Source: Camelus dromedarius (Eukaryota). Taken from it: a stretch of 64,000 nt of DNA. The notes under the pieces were generated by a model. That model had not been told where the DNA came from, did no database searches, and saw nothing but the letters and a program-made list of their open reading frames with translations. Made by a program: the position numbers and the translations under genes. Where the stretch lies: the NCBI RefSeq assembly GCF_036321535.1, contig NC_087436.1:42720001-42784000 (forward strand), written 5' to 3'. Shown one piece after another: positions 38,585 through 52,664 of the stretch; the first letter of the stretch is position 1, and each line of letters opens with the position of its first letter.

Positions 38585-40192
38585 GTAAGCGCCTTTGCCG
38601 GGCACCCGCATGTCCCCTTTCCAGCAGAGGGCGGGTCGCGTTAACCCCGACCCACCGGCCTCCCGCGTGGGGCTAGGGAGTTTGGGAGACGCGAGGAGAG
38701 GAAGGAGGGTCCCTGGGGTGTCAGCTCTGAAAAAGGTGCTGTCTTGCTAAGGGGAGGGGACGAAGAAGGGGAAAGACCCCTCATCCCAGCTGTAGCCCAT
38801 TCGGATAATCCTTAGCCCACCTTCTCCCTCTCCCCCACCCTCTTGCACTAGAGACTTAGTGGATTTACGATCCCTGCAGTTGTAGCTGTCATCCTGAGAA
38901 GTGTGCGAGTGTGTGTGTGTGTGTGTGTGGAGAGAGAGAGGAAACAAGAACCCATGTAAAATGCAACATAGATCATGTTTTCTGTAAATAGAGATGCCTT
39001 CTGGTTCGCCGGCTGTCTGCCGTATGAACCACGTACAAATGAGAACTCACTGCCACAGACGGTGCCATATTTATTGATGCCGAAAGTTCAACTTGGCGTA
39101 GAGTCTATTTCTCATCCAGTAGTTGTTCTGTCCAGGAAAAGGGCCACCCGAAGGAACTCGACCCCCTGTCCCATATCCACTGCTATTCTTTGTACTGGGT
39201 TACGCGCTCATCATCATCCTTCCTAGGACTTACGTGTGCATCTTCGCGTTCTCTGGGAGGATTTACTTATACAGGCAGCGGAAAAGCCCTCGAGACCGGG
39301 AGAGAGCTTCCCTGGGGTAGCCTAGCATTGTATAAAACGGCCTCCTACACCTGGCTGGCAGAATTACTTGATGATGTTAAGGAAGGGGCAGGAGACCTAG
39401 TGAAGACCTGAGTAAAGGGACCTAGGGGCCCAGCTGTGAGCGTTGATTTATGTAGCATCAAACCCAAACCCAATCCGGCTATCGCTAGTTTCCAACATTA
39501 CTTGAGAGGGGTGCGTTTAGATATATGTTATTGTTTTATACAGTTGAATTAAAGGAAATGTAAGTATATTTTAAATGTAATGAAAATTATATCCTTATAT
39601 ATTTATGTTGTCTGCTGTTAAAACATGGAGAATATGTCGTGAGAGCAGCTTAATTCAAATCTCTCCCCTCCCCCAGCCCAAAACAGGGCACAGAGCAATC
39701 ACCATAGCAGGATTTGTTAAACCACACTCACATGTTCCTAAGGTTTATATTTTAATGAAAACAATGGTCATATTTACTTACTTGGAGCCACATTAATTTT
39801 TTTTCCCACCAAAATAAATAGGCAGCAGATTTTTACTGCTCCTCCTCAGCTCTGGTCTTTGAAGGTTTTTTTTCCCGTCAGCATTTGGTGCTGTCTAAGT
39901 GTGAATTGTAAAATGTTTTCAGATTTCATGTACAAACAAGAGCCGTCGTAATTGGCAGTTCCTTTCATTTTGTTGATTAATAATGGGTGCTCCCAGTTAA
40001 ATAAAATCGAATTTTATTCAACATTAAAGAAGGTCTGAGTTTCTAGGAAGAATTGTTCATTTTTTGGATATTACAGTGGTGCACTGATGCTTGACAATAC
40101 ACCAAATTCAATAAAAATACTCAGATGTTGTAATTTTGTAATAGAATATCAGAGCTGATTATATTGATGACCTGCTAATTATTGGTTTTCAG
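38585..40192 (+). other. CAMK2D: CAMK2D intron 1 (1608 nt, GT-AG)
   Basis: Starts GTAAGC, ends TTTTCAG, branch-like GCTAAT at 40174-40179. Confidence 0.95.
38901..38940. repeat. Compound (GT)n(GA)n microsatellite in intron 1
   Basis: Direct read. Confidence 0.93.
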
Positions 40193-40287
40193 GGGGGCAT
40201 TCTCTGTGGTGAGAAGATGTATGAAAATCCCTACTGGACAAGAATATGCTGCCAAAATTATCAACACCAAAAAGCTTTCTGCTAGGG
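40193..40287 (+). CDS. CAMK2D: CaMKII delta coding exon 2 ([32 protein letters not shown]): glycine-rich loop and catalytic Lys (AAK)
   Basis: Acceptor ttttcag| at 40191-40192, 95 nt, frame continuous with exon 1 (AA+G = Lys). [13 protein letters not shown] is delta-specific. Donor |GTGGGT at 40288. Confidence 0.98.
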
Positions 40288-42099
40288 GTGGGTATTTTCA
40301 AACACATTTATATTAATTTTGTATTTGTCATGTTGGTTGTTCTGTTGTATTTAAATATTTCTCTTAGTTATAATTGTAGACTTAGGTATCATATTACATA
40401 TTAAGATTATTTCCTTCTTGAATGCCTCTTGGCCTGTACAGTTTAAAAATGACCAAATACAATTGCTATTTATTAATTTACTAAATTCTATCTGTCTTGT
40501 GAGCAGTAGCATAAATAACTATATTTTAAAGCAAATAAGTGTCACCAAGTGCATTTGCCTTTAGCTGTAGTGTGAAATAACTTTCAGAAAAACCCTGGAA
40601 TGGAAGAATCTAAGTCTCACAACTGTCATTATTCCCTTTTGCTTTTGAGAGGAAAAATAGGTCATAGCTCAGTTGAATCCTATATTTCAATTGTAGTTAC
40701 ACTTGAACTTAATTCATTAAGGTATATTTAACAGTAATGGCTTTGGGAGGAAAATTTTATGGTTGCTGTATTCTAGGAAGTTTGGCTTGTTTGTGATGTT
40801 TCTGTGTGCAGTTCAGACCTTTACTTGATCATCTGCTGTAAGGCTTCTCACAGACTCATGTAATGTATTTTACACATGCTTTATAACCGCAAAGATAATT
40901 CATACTCATAAAATAGCTGTTGACATAAGCAAAAAACTTGGAGGGGCCTCATTGCATTCTTTTTATTTTGTTGAACTCATGCAAAAGTACTTACACTTAA
41001 AGGTTAGGCATTCCAATTATTGTGAGCACGTGTCTAAGGTATTTCCTTGGGAATTTATGGTTTGAAATTAAAATGAACGAAATGCCATAGTGTAAGCCCA
41101 TTTCAGTGACCTGGTTTATTTTAAGTAATGAGAGAAGAAATTCCATTAGGGTTACTTTTCCTTCTTTAATTTGTCTTCTAAAAAGTGTTGCTTCCTAGTA
41201 TCCTGGTATCATTCTGTTTGGGCTCTGCCATGATTTTTTTTATTTGTTGCAAATTCTTCTAACATGTACTTAAAGATTAGGTTGACATTTCAGTTTATTC
41301 ATTTAAATGGGATTTTGTTGTGATTTCCTTTATCTGATTTTAAAATGATTCTGAGGAAGATCTATGTGTTAAAGTAACCAGCACTACAAATTCATGACAT
41401 AAACTAATGAGAAGCTCATTATGCTCAATTATGTCTCACTTCCCCTCTTTCTATTCCACAGGAATGTTTTTAACTGAAGAGGAGTTGCTAAACTTTAAAA
41501 AAAAAAAAAAAACACACTAAAATGTCATTAAAAAAAAAGAAAGATGAAAATGTGTAGTCAGATTCTTTCAGTGCTTATATAATTTCTTCCTGTGTGCTAG
41601 GTAAGAGTAGCGCACAGGAAGGTAACGTTTGGCAAGAGTGGGGATACCAGTTCTTTTGGAGGTGTTAAAACACCTATCCTGTATCTTTTAGTGGCTTTAA
41701 ATTTTCTCTCAAAATAAATCAGTCCTCTGTTTCATCTTTGCTAATTTCCTTAGTTAGAATCATCCCTTTTCATTCACCCTAATTCATACTACCTGCACCA
41801 GAATGGCAAATAAGCGTCTCTCTTCTCACATACATTTTACTTTCTTTTGCCTTCAGTTTATGGAAGATAAATCTTCTCCAGCCTGATGGAATTCCTTCTA
41901 GTGTTCCTCACCTGCTTCATACTCTGCTTTAAAGACCAATCTACTCCAAAGCCACCTTGCTCCTTTTGGATTTAATGATCTTAATTGTTCCAATTACATT
42001 TAGGGAAAGTAGGGTGAAGAGCCAACATGTGTGCTTCTTGTTCTCGCTCTGCAATTTTCTTTCCTTGTGATTACCTGCTTTATGTTAACCTGCTTTTGA

Positions 42100-42340
42100 A
42101 GAATGAGGTGAGGAAGAACGTGCTGGAACTAGATGCTCTGGATTTAAATTCTGATTCCCCTACCTATTAACTGTGTGATCTTGGGAAGTTTACATATTTT
42201 CCGTGAGCCTCAGTTTTCTTATCTGTAAAATGATTAATAACATAATCCTTCCTTTTATAGGGTTTTGTAACAGAGTGGGTTAGTATAGTAGAACAGCGCC
42301 TGCTATGTAATGTGCATTCAGTGAATATTAGCTGCAGTTA
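42100..42340 (+). mobile_element. MIR SINE
   Basis: ctgtgtgatcttgggaagtt..gagcctcagttttcttatctgtaaaatg..agaacagcgcctg. Confidence 0.85.
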
Positions 42341-42419
42341 TCTCATTGGGTTTTTGTAAGGTTCAAGTGAAATTATTTATATGATGGAACTTGAATTATA
42401 AATCCAGTGGCAGCCTTGA

Positions 42420-42615
42420 TTTAGCTATGAGAACCCAATTTGAATCTTGGCTCTACTACTTTGTGTGTAAATTTGGTTCAGTCAATTACCTTTTCTTGAT
42501 CTCAGGTGGCTCCTTCAATAAAATGAGGGTAAAAAATCCCCGTAGGGTTTCATGGGTGGTTTTGAGTAGTCAGCGGATTTTGAGAATCACTTCTTAAATT
42601 GCAAAGTGCTGTGTC
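42420..42615 (+). mobile_element. MIR SINE relic
   Basis: tttgaatcttggctctactact..tgtgtaaatttgg..taaaatgaggg. Confidence 0.6.
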
Positions 42616-45600
42616 AATTTTACCTATTACGTCTCACCTGTAAAATATTATAGGACTTCTTCAAAATGTTCAATTTATTTTATATTGCCACACAAATTAG
42701 AGCTATTTATAGAATGTTTATACCTTTGAAAGTGTACGTTTGTTAAATCTATACTCATATTAAGCTACAAACTCTTAAAGGAAAAATACCATGCTTTCAC
42801 TTTTTCAGTATAACATTTTACAACATTGAGGACATAGGAGGGGCTCTGTACAGAGTGACTAGTTATCAGGTGTGGTTATTAGATGTTTGTAAAGGAATTA
42901 GATACCTAGTTCATTCCTAAGAACAAACAAATACTGGGTGTAAAGAAATCTGTAAAGTAGTGTATTGAGAAAACACGCTTAAAAATATGAATTCTTTCAA
43001 AACACTCCCTTCTCAGAATATAATGATCCTAAAAAAACTTCTTTTGCAGAAAAAAATTTAAAATAATATATATAAAGGGAATTGTAGAATGAAATGCAAA
43101 ATAGAATTTTTCCCCCCTAAGGTAATGATTTTTTTTTGGTTGCAAATGGCAGTTTTTGTGGAACATGTAATTTTTTGTACAGATTTTTGTTTGTATTATT
43201 TGAAATATCATGCCTTTGTAAATCCAAGCTTTAAGCTTACTTATTTTGAAGTCTAAGCAGGTCCTGCAACTCAAAGTAATATTCTTTAAATGTAACATTA
43301 CAGGTGAAAAAGAAAGGCCATTGTCAATAAATCTAAGACCATGAGGGAATTGCCAAAAATTTGGCTATATTCCTGCATAAATTTGCACATCCAACTATAC
43401 TGTCACCCAGTTTTTCTGTGCCTAGGTTTTAATGGATTTCCAGCAGACAGTTTCAGTTGCATTTCCTCTCAGCTGTTAGTCACACACACCATATTTGGGA
43501 GACTCAGTCTGTTGAAGAATTTCTTCTGCGTTAGCACGTGCATGCAAAGGGCATTCATTACAGGATACTGATCAGATAGATAAATACATTCATGTAATGT
43601 AGCTTGTTTTTAAAGTAAAAAATAGCGTAGAAATGTTTCAGGCATCTGATAGGTTACATGTAATTTCTGTCTCTTAAACATTTTTTTGGTCAGCTAGGAA
43701 TAGAATGCTTAGTAAATGGTGGATAGTGATAATAGGATTTCCTCATATTAAATTGAGAATTAGAAATTATATCATTTTGATCAATTAGGTTAGCACTTAA
43801 CAAGTGCTAATTTGCCCTGCTGTTTTGATATTTTGTCTACTTTGACATTTTTATAACTGTAAGGTATTGTCAGATTATGTAAAGTCCATGAAGGGCTGTG
43901 ATTGCAGTTGAGAATCCAGTCAACTCCTGGTTCTGATGGCAGATGTCTTCAGAAGCTGTACATGTGTTTTATTTTGCATTTTAAAGCCTCCCTGTGGTAA
44001 AAGATTTTTTTATGGTACTAATGACTTCTTGGTGTTCATCTCCCAGTGTATTTTTTGATAATTAGAAACCACTTCTTATTACATAGAGTCGGTGATGTGC
44101 CACAAGTCATTTTTTTGTAACATATAATAAATTACAGTAGAAGCTTGAAATAATATATGTTATTATAATTATATTTTACCTCTGTTGCTTAAGTTATGAA
44201 GGGGTTTCATTTTACATTCTGTAAAACTTCAGATACAGCAGTTAAATGATTTTGGCCATCTTTGATATTGCTAGTTTTGTTAACTCCTAAATTGATGGTA
44301 TTACCAGAACATGAGTTAGGACTTTATAAGACTATTTGACCATGAACACAAAGTTAGGTCTTAGCTATGAAATCTGAATATTGCATTTATATCCCTAAGT
44401 AGTCTTTGTTTTAATAGGGATGTCAGTAACTCTTGTTACATTTTTTTTTTTTTTCCTTTTTTGGCGTCCAGACAGCCAAGAAATTACTGTAATTTGTCAG
44501 CCTCATGGTCACTTGTCTTGAATTGGAAGTAGAACTGAGACGATATAGGTGAATCAACTTGTTCTGATTACACATTATTGATTTGGCAATATGGAACTAA
44601 TTGGGCAAATAGTATTAACTTTTGCAAGTTTCTCGGCTCAAACAATACTTTCAGAAAAATTAGTAAATCATTTTATTTTTGTATTTGGAATCTCTACAAC
44701 TCTTCAATTTTTGAGACCCAAAGTGGTATATCATCCTTATCCTTTAGTGTCCTTTAGTTATGTTTAGTTATATTTACATAGGCTTTAGTATTAGACATTT
44801 ATTTTCCTCTTTTGATGAATAAAATTATTTCATTCAAAAGTAGAAGATTAAATATATATATATCTGTCTGTCTATCTATCTACATTTCCAGGAAATAATA
44901 AAAACACTTTCAAAATTCTAGCATCATTAAATAAGGAAAACTTAAACAATGTGGTTCTTTAAGAATTTAAGAATTCGTAAAGAATGTGGTACCTTTGTCA
45001 GGTACTTCACTGTGGTGTTAAGCAGTATCACTTCTACCTGACTGATCATTCAGTAGGAATTGAACACCCTGAGAACCTTGATCGTCTATACAATATTAAT
45101 CTATACTTTATATTTTCATTGAAATATTAAATCAACTCAGTGTAAAAATTTTGTTTTTATGAATTTTTTCAATTGTAATAATCATGAATTAATATTAAAC
45201 ATATACTAGGATTTTCTTAGGCACTTAACTTCTTTTGTTAACTCGAATTTTAATTAAATTTTAAGTCTTTTCCTTGGGCTGATACTGAGGCAGGCCAACT
45301 CCTAGTGTCTCTAGGGCTAGGCTGATATTTTTGTTGACATCTGACCCTCCTCACTTATTAGGGTATAGTATGTACAGTGTTTTTTATGAATTATTGGCAG
45401 TTAGTTAATGCTTGTTTACATGGAAGGCTAGGTTAAAGCTTTTACGTTATATTAGCTTCATTTAGTAAACTTTACTGTGAGATATTAAATGGAATCTTAG
45501 CAAAATATTTTTACTCTAAAATATACCTTTATACTTCATGTGTCATGCTACTTTATACATTACTAAGCACATTCACAAAGGTGACCTCATTTTATGTTTC

Positions 45601-46269
45601 TATTTTATAAATATATAATGATTATAATGGGCAGAGTGTTAGGAAAAATAAGGTCATCTACACAAATAGACATCATGGAAGACGTAAATGGTGTTTTAAG
45701 TCTAGCATGAATAAAGTGCTGTGGATTTTCAAAGGAGGGAAAGATTACTTTTATCTAGGGAGGTGAAGGAAGGCTTTTATATATTATGGATTTAAATTTT
45801 TTAAAAACGCAATGCAGATGGGGTTCAAGTACCAAAGTCTAGGTAAACAATTTGGAGAAAGTGTTCAAAATAGTTTAAATATCTATTACAATGAAATGTT
45901 ATTTTACTCACGTGGTGTGTTTGCAGCTATCAGTATAAAGTTACTTTTGTGGTAGGAAATTTTTTTGGTGACAAAATTCCTATGCTCCCAATTAAAGTAA
46001 ATATAACAATACTTCCTAAGGTGAATTCATAGACCTATCATTTGCAATAGCCTGTCTCTTATTTAGGATGGGGAAACTGGTAGGTTTGGAGGGTAGAAAG
46101 CACTACTTTGGTTTGGATTTTAAATATCAACTATTGTTATAATTATACTCAGTCACTGAACAACATTGTTGATTTTTTTTTTGGGGGGGGTTAGGTGAAC
46201 CGCTTTTCTGATACTACATTCTCGTTTTAACTTCTTAGAACTTTGCTTATTACTACCAAAATCAACAAT

Positions 46270-46480
46270 AATAATAATAAAATAGAAATGTTAATAACCA
46301 TTGTTTAAAGAGAACCTTCTAAGTGACAGATACATATTTATGACACTTTATTTAATCCACACTGCAGCTTTCCAGATAGACAATATTACCTCCATTTTTA
46401 AATAGAGTTAGTAAATGGTAGAGGCAAGAATTTCAACCCAGTTTTCTCTGGCTCTAAAGCTTGGATCTTTTCACCATCAC
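46270..46480 (-). mobile_element. MIR SINE relic
   Basis: atttaatccac..tattacctccatttt..tagtaaatggtagaggcaagaatttcaacccag..ctggctctaaagc. Confidence 0.7.
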
Positions 46481-48159
46481 ATCCCATTGATTGCTGTTAC
46501 AGAGAGCTTACAACCTTTCTGTACAGATCTGTATGTGCTTGACTGATCTCCCTACTAAATTCAGGGTCCTTTATAGAAAGAACTATGCCTTATACATCTT
46601 TAAATTTCCAATGCAATGTATGGAATAGAGTATTTCTTTGGGGAAAATATATCTTGGATTCCAGCTTGTGAGAAAGGAGTGTTTTAATTGCTGCAGTAAC
46701 ATAAGATTAAACTGAAGATTCAGAAGGTCTTTTGGTGTTTTTTGTTTTTTTGTTTGTTTGTTTTTTTTAGGGAAAACAATGTAATGAAAACTCATTAAAA
46801 TGGTAGGAAAATGACTACAGAAGAAATGTTTTGGTGAACTTAGTTTGTTAACTGATTAACAATAATTCGTCGGATTACTTCTAAATAATTTACTTGTTGC
46901 TGAAAAGAAAAACTCAGCCCTTAACCAAAGCCCAGAGAAACCTACTCGGAGAGCCATTCTCCTTCTCTGGCTCATCTTTAATCAGAAGAGTGGAAAACAG
47001 TTGTTTGTTTTGTTTCTTCTCAGACAGCACTGCTGTGTGTGTCACATTCACACAAAGTTGTGGCAACCGAAAGAAAAATATAACATTAAGTTGATTTGTT
47101 GAAAAAATAACTCAGGAACAGCTAGTAGTATAAAGATAAACATAAAAAATTGGTACATATTCTTTATATGCAGTTCATTGTTCTACCTGAGGTTCACTAC
47201 TTTTTGTTAGGTTACATAGGGATTAAAATGTTTTTATTACATAAAATTTGACTTATGCAATTATACATATCTAATTATAAAACAGTAATTATGCACACCC
47301 AGTAAACTTCCACCCAACTTAATAACTAGAACATTCCTTCTCCTTTTAAACTATTTGTGTGCCTCTTGCTGATTCCTATCCCTTGCCTTGTTCCAAGAAT
47401 TTATCAATATACCTAACTTTTTTAGGAGAGACAGCTCTCATTTCCCTGTACTCTGGGATTTTATAATTCACTGGTTGATCTTAGTTGATAAATTAGTTGC
47501 CAGTGGAAAAACTATGCACTCATTAGGTAAACTGTATCCCATTTTGAGTTGTATATGTATGAATTTATGAAATGTATTAACTCTCGTATTAGTATATAAT
47601 TTTACCCCCTCCCTTTAGGGAAGGCTTAGATTATTTGGAATATTTTTAGGAACAAGAAATTACTTTTGAAAAAATGTCATTTGTGATATATACACATTGG
47701 AGTCAAGAGTAAGTTATGTAAAACTAGCTTAAGATAAATACAGTAAGTGAAATTTAATCAGATTTTTATTCTGTCTTATAAGAAAGTTATAGAGGTTTCA
47801 GATATGCCATATTATGGCATTAGTGTTTAAATTAAAATTTGATGTTTTGGCAAATAAATAGTTCTGTGATTTTTGGAGGCTGTGCTCTGGATAACTTGAA
47901 TTTCTGCTGAAGTGTGTTCATTAGTAATTCAGGCCCAAACTATACGTCCCCAGGGGACTCACCAATGTTCCCCTTCTGCGAATGATGTCATGATTTCCCC
48001 AGGCTTTCCAGCAGGCTTGATTCCTTTCTTTTCCTTAGCTCATTTCAACTCCATTTCCTTCTCTTCTTTTTCACCATTCTAATTTGAACTCTTTTCCTCT
48101 TCAGCTCTTTTGAATAGCTTCCTACACAGGTTTTCCAGTTGATAGCTGCACTGGTTTTT

Positions 48160-48500
48160 ATTCATTTATTCACTTTATCATTAGACTTCTAAGTACTCAC
48201 TGTTCTGAGCATTTGATAAGATATGGAGATAGAGGTCTTGAAAGATAGACTCTACCCTCAAGGACTTCCTAGTCTGTTAATGTGGATGGCAGCCTGGCAA
48301 ATACAGTATACGTAGCTTTTGAGGGCTCTAATGGAGGTATGCACAAGGCTTTCAGTGTAGATGTGGGTTAGAGGTGGTTGGTATCACAGATTTCTTGAAG
48401 AGATTTCTGTGTGAGATTGTGTTTAGAATGGTAAGTGAGCCTGATAGAAAAGGGAGAAATGGTTCCCCAGGCAAAGTAAGCAACATGGTCAAAGGAAGAA
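48160..48500 (-). mobile_element. L2 LINE 3' end
   Basis: attcatttattcac..agtactcactgt..ctctaccctcaaggacttcctagtct..caacatggtcaaagg. Confidence 0.6.
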
Positions 48501-48509
48501 AGTCTGGCT

Positions 48510-48860
48510 CCACCCTCCAGATGGATTGAGTACACCTAGTACTGTTGAAATCCTCTCTCCTTTAAGACCTAGTTCAGGTGCTGCCTCCTCCTTGAAGCTG
48601 TCCCTAACTTCCTCTCACCCCTCCTTCCCTTCTCCAGCCAGATGTGACTCCTTTTTTCATCCTTTGAGTAGCTTTTTCATGTTCCTTAAGGAGCTTATCA
48701 CATTTCTCCCTTTGCATTGCAGTTACTTATGTGGTAGTTTTCAAACATCTTGTGGACATTTTTAAACTTATCTTTGAATCTGTGCCTGGCATGCTAATTA
48801 CAGTATTGCATATACTTGTTAATGTTTGCTGAATGAGTGGACAAATGAACAAATGAGCAA
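48510..48860 (+). mobile_element. L2 LINE 3' end
   Basis: tcctttaagacctagttcaggtgctgcctcctccttgaagc..tgtgcctggca..aatgtttgctgaatgag. Confidence 0.68.
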
Positions 48861-49859
48861 ATGTTTCTGTCTCTTGAGATAGACATATGATTAACAAAGA
48901 GAGACCCTGACACATGAAATAATGCAAACTGAGTTGAAGCTTTGTGTCAGATAGCTTACACTAATTGAATAAATTAACTCCCAATTATTCATAATTCCCA
49001 GTTTATTCCATTAGTTTTCTGATGACAAATTACTCTTTGTTGGAGATAATTTTGTTTAATTCAGTAAACTTTTGAGCAACCATGTGCAAATTCTTATTGC
49101 TTTCTTTAACTGTGTAAAGTGAAGTGGCTCGATACCAAGGGGTAACATTTGTGTCATCAGTACCACTTCAGTAATGCCAGATTCATGTCAACATTACATT
49201 ACTTTGACATGTTTGGGTTTTAAAATTTTTGATTCATTCTCCAGAGATGGTTACTTTTTTACTTATCTTTTAACCAAACTCATTTTTAAAAGCATTTTGG
49301 TGATAATTTATAAAGTTTGGATATACAAATCATGGATATTATTTGTTTAGAGTTATTATATGATTTTCTAGGAAAGGCAGTTAGAGGCCAGCTGTTAAAA
49401 CCACTGTGTCCGTAAATTCAAAAACTTGGTAAAAAGGACTGGAAAGTGCACTTGTTTCAATATTGGAAGGTCTTTAAAACAGAACACATATTTTAAAGCA
49501 CTTTAAAGTGTATATTATATAATTAGGAAATATGCTCTTCTCATAAATGTATTCCAATTATATTTTTAAATGGCAGTGTAAAGGCTGTGATCATGGGGGC
49601 AGAAGTGATTTGTGAAATTAGTTCAGCTGAACCTTCTGGCCATTTTGTAGAAACTTCATTTATGATAAATCTTATTTTTGCAAAGTAAATTGTATATTGA
49701 AAGTTACATATATATTCATATTTGTTAGAGAATTGTACACTTTGGACATACTTCTGATGCATTTATTACCAATTTGGTTAAAAATATTATTTATATTATA
49801 CATATATATTACTTATATATAAAATATTATATTATTATATTATAAAAAATACATATTCT

Positions 49860-50300
49860 AATTACAGAATCTGAGGAATATACAGAAAAAAATAAAGGAG
49901 ACACATTCATAGTTCAGTTACCCCAAACAATCACTGTTAGCATTTTGTCTTCTTTATTTTTGTCTTTTTAATTTGTCAGAGTACTAGACTAAAATATACA
50001 ATTTTGTGTCCTACTTCTTTGCTTAATATTATTAAAATTCTCTGTGATACTACAATTCCTTTGAATTCCACTTCACTGAGAAAAACATCAGTTTTAGTGT
50101 TGCTAGTTTTTTTTAAAATTTGTTCTTTGCTGTTATAAATGACATAATGGTAAATATTGGTTTGTAAAACTTTTTCATATTTCTGATTCTTAGGAAATAT
50201 TCATGAAGGGGAATTAATGGATTAGAGGATTGGATTATCAAATTCTTGATCAATGTGGCTAGATTGCATCCTAGAAGTTGTACATTTCCACCAGTAATAT
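49860..50300 (-). mobile_element. Very old L1M 3' fragment
   Basis: atcactgttagcattttg, tgctgttataaat, gattcttaggaaatattc..ggaattaatggatt. Confidence 0.5.
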
Positions 50301-51615
50301 TTGTACACTAACAAGTATGCTAGTGAAACTGAATTTTGGGGAGCATAATTCTACATTTCAATTTCAATTTAACAAAAGAACGGTTACTAACCTTATTTCA
50401 CACCCTCTGCTAAGTGCTGGATAAACAAAAGTACAAAGATAAGGTCCTTCATTTCAAGGTGAAATGGATATGGAGTCAAGTATATTACCAGAGAGACTGA
50501 TGAGTGTCACAATGGAAGAGTTTACTCATTCTGGGTATAAGGAGGTAACTGTTGGATTGCTGAAAGTTTAGGGAAGACTTACTGGAAGAGCTGATGTCTG
50601 AACTGGGTTTTGAAAATAACCACTTTTGAATTTAAAGATGGATAGAAAAGATGTAATTTAATAGGATATTATTTTTTAAAAAATCATGAGAAGCAAGGAA
50701 ATCAGAAAAAGTCAATAAAGAGAGAACTGAAAAGTAGGTAAATACTTTTTAATATATTTTAAGATAAATACTTTTTAAGATGATCAATTTACTGGGTATA
50801 AAGTTTCATGAAAGCATGCAAAAACTGATGGAAAGAGATGGAAATTTTTTCTTTCAGTGAATCATTAAGTGTAGCAAGATCTGTTGGAAGGTATTAAATA
50901 AGGTGGGTTGAGGGGATTTTACAACTCTGAGTCATAAGGGATAAACAGCTGATAAGAGAGGAATAACAGCTTCTTATCTCTTATCTCACATTTTGTTTTA
51001 TTTAGCTTTGGGGCAGTACAAAAAAAATCGAGTGACTAAGTGAAAGATAAAAGGACAGAAGGATTAATTAGAGAGTTCTTTAAAAAAAAACCCGATATTT
51101 AAAGTGCCCTAGGGAATTACGTTTGATTTATAACAAAGAAAACTACATAGTCTCTGCAGTTGTGATTTAAGATTAATGACTGTTATAAAAAAAAGTTTGT
51201 AGGTTTTGGTTTAAAACCAAAAGATGTCTAAAAATGGTATCGACATTATTCATTGCCTGAATTCCTAGTGTCTAGAATAGTGCCTGGCACCTTTCAGATA
51301 TTTATTGAATAAGTGAATGAATAAATGACTCTCAAACTACATCATATATGATAAATATTTAGGGACCCAGAACTCTTAGCAGTAAGATTTGTATACACTA
51401 TACTATTTTATGAAAAGTGCGAAGTTAGCAGGTAAATTCTGTGATGTATGTAATTTAGCACGTTTTGCTTGTAATTTAGCATAAGCTCTTGATTGGAAAA
51501 TAGTCATTTATTCCTTTCACTTAAATAATGGAAAAGTCTCTCATTCCCTTAGAAGACAACTTCAATTTAAATATTTAGCTCCCTACCTAGGCTTAACCAT
51601 ACAGCATTCCACCTG

Positions 51616-51630
51616 CCCCCCCCCCCCCCC
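51616..51630. repeat. C15 homopolymer
   Basis: Direct read. Confidence 0.95.
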
Positions 51631-52664
51631 GTTTTAAAGGGATCTTAGCATCTATAGAATTTTGTTATTTGTAAGGTCCCACCAGTTTTATTAGTGTTAT
51701 AACTTGTTTAAAGGGGGAAGTATTGTTTTACTCAATGTATATACATAATTTATAGTAGATTTTTTTGGTGTCAAGGAAGGGCTTTGTTTATACAGGAGAA
51801 GGCCTCCTATTGACTTCAAAAGTAATGACTCAAGTTTGGTATAGTTAGTAGGGTGGGAAAAATCCTAATTCCAGATTGCAAGCAGAATTTCAGGGTCAAA
51901 GTCTACTCCTGTTACCTGAGTGTAGAGCTCCTGATTTCAGTCCAGTTTTCATTCTAGTAGAGTTGGAGAAGGGAAACAAAAAATGGTGTCAGAGAACTAT
52001 TTGTCTCCTGTAAATTGGATTGAGGCCTACTTTCACTAATATTTATGTGCTTTGGAAATTATTTTTGGAAAAAAAATTCTTTGGATTGACCTTGCTTCCT
52101 GCTTCCTATGTATTTTACGGTCAGGAAAGGGGAAAACAAAATTTAATTGTTAACCTTAAGTCTATTTGATAGGAAAAAAATGAAATGTATATCATATCTT
52201 GTATTGACAGAACCAATTATTGATTATGTATAGCATTGTATCCTTTATTTAGTGCTAATAATCACGGTGTCTATATTCTGCCAGTGACTTGATGAAGAGA
52301 AGACCCTAAGGCATGCACAGGGATGGCTAAAGGATCACTGAAATCCTTTGTTTCAAAGTGAAAATGACTCTCTCAAGTGAAATTAGTATTTGTTGACCTT
52401 TTGCAAACTTTAAGAAACTATTTTAGATTTTATATTTTGGAATAATCTGAACCAAATAAATCCAAATTTAGAGATATCAGTATTAGAAATATACAATGAA
52501 TGCACACAGGGTCAGTTTTAAAAATAGCACTTAGCTTTGAGAGGGTGATTTTTCCTTCATCCTGCATGTAAATGCTTCATTCAGAACTCCTGTAGCAAGC
52601 TTTGGGGGAAGAGGCGGGAAGGGAAGTGCGAAATGAGTTTTGAAGAATCCTTGTAGCCCACACG

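Larger units (their letters stand above)
36950..38700. promoter_or_regulatory. CAMK2D: CpG island: CAMK2D promoter, 5' UTR and exon 1
   Basis: Abrupt GC/CpG-rich block in CpG-depleted flanks. Contains GC boxes (e.g. 37017-37026, 38236-38244) and an inverted CCAAT (ATTGG 38219-38223). No + strand ATG between 37156 and 38519. The TSS cannot be placed from sequence. Confidence 0.93.

Noticed and set aside
37203..38676. Many overlapping 80-208 aa ORFs on both strands of the CpG island
   Set aside because: Non-ATG starts and low-complexity Arg/Pro/Gly/Ala products. This is expected from stop-codon scarcity in GC-rich DNA. The true CDS is the 65-nt spliced exon.
49770..49860. AT-rich quasi-palindromic tract
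   Set aside because: Low-complexity TA sequence. Self-complementarity is trivial.
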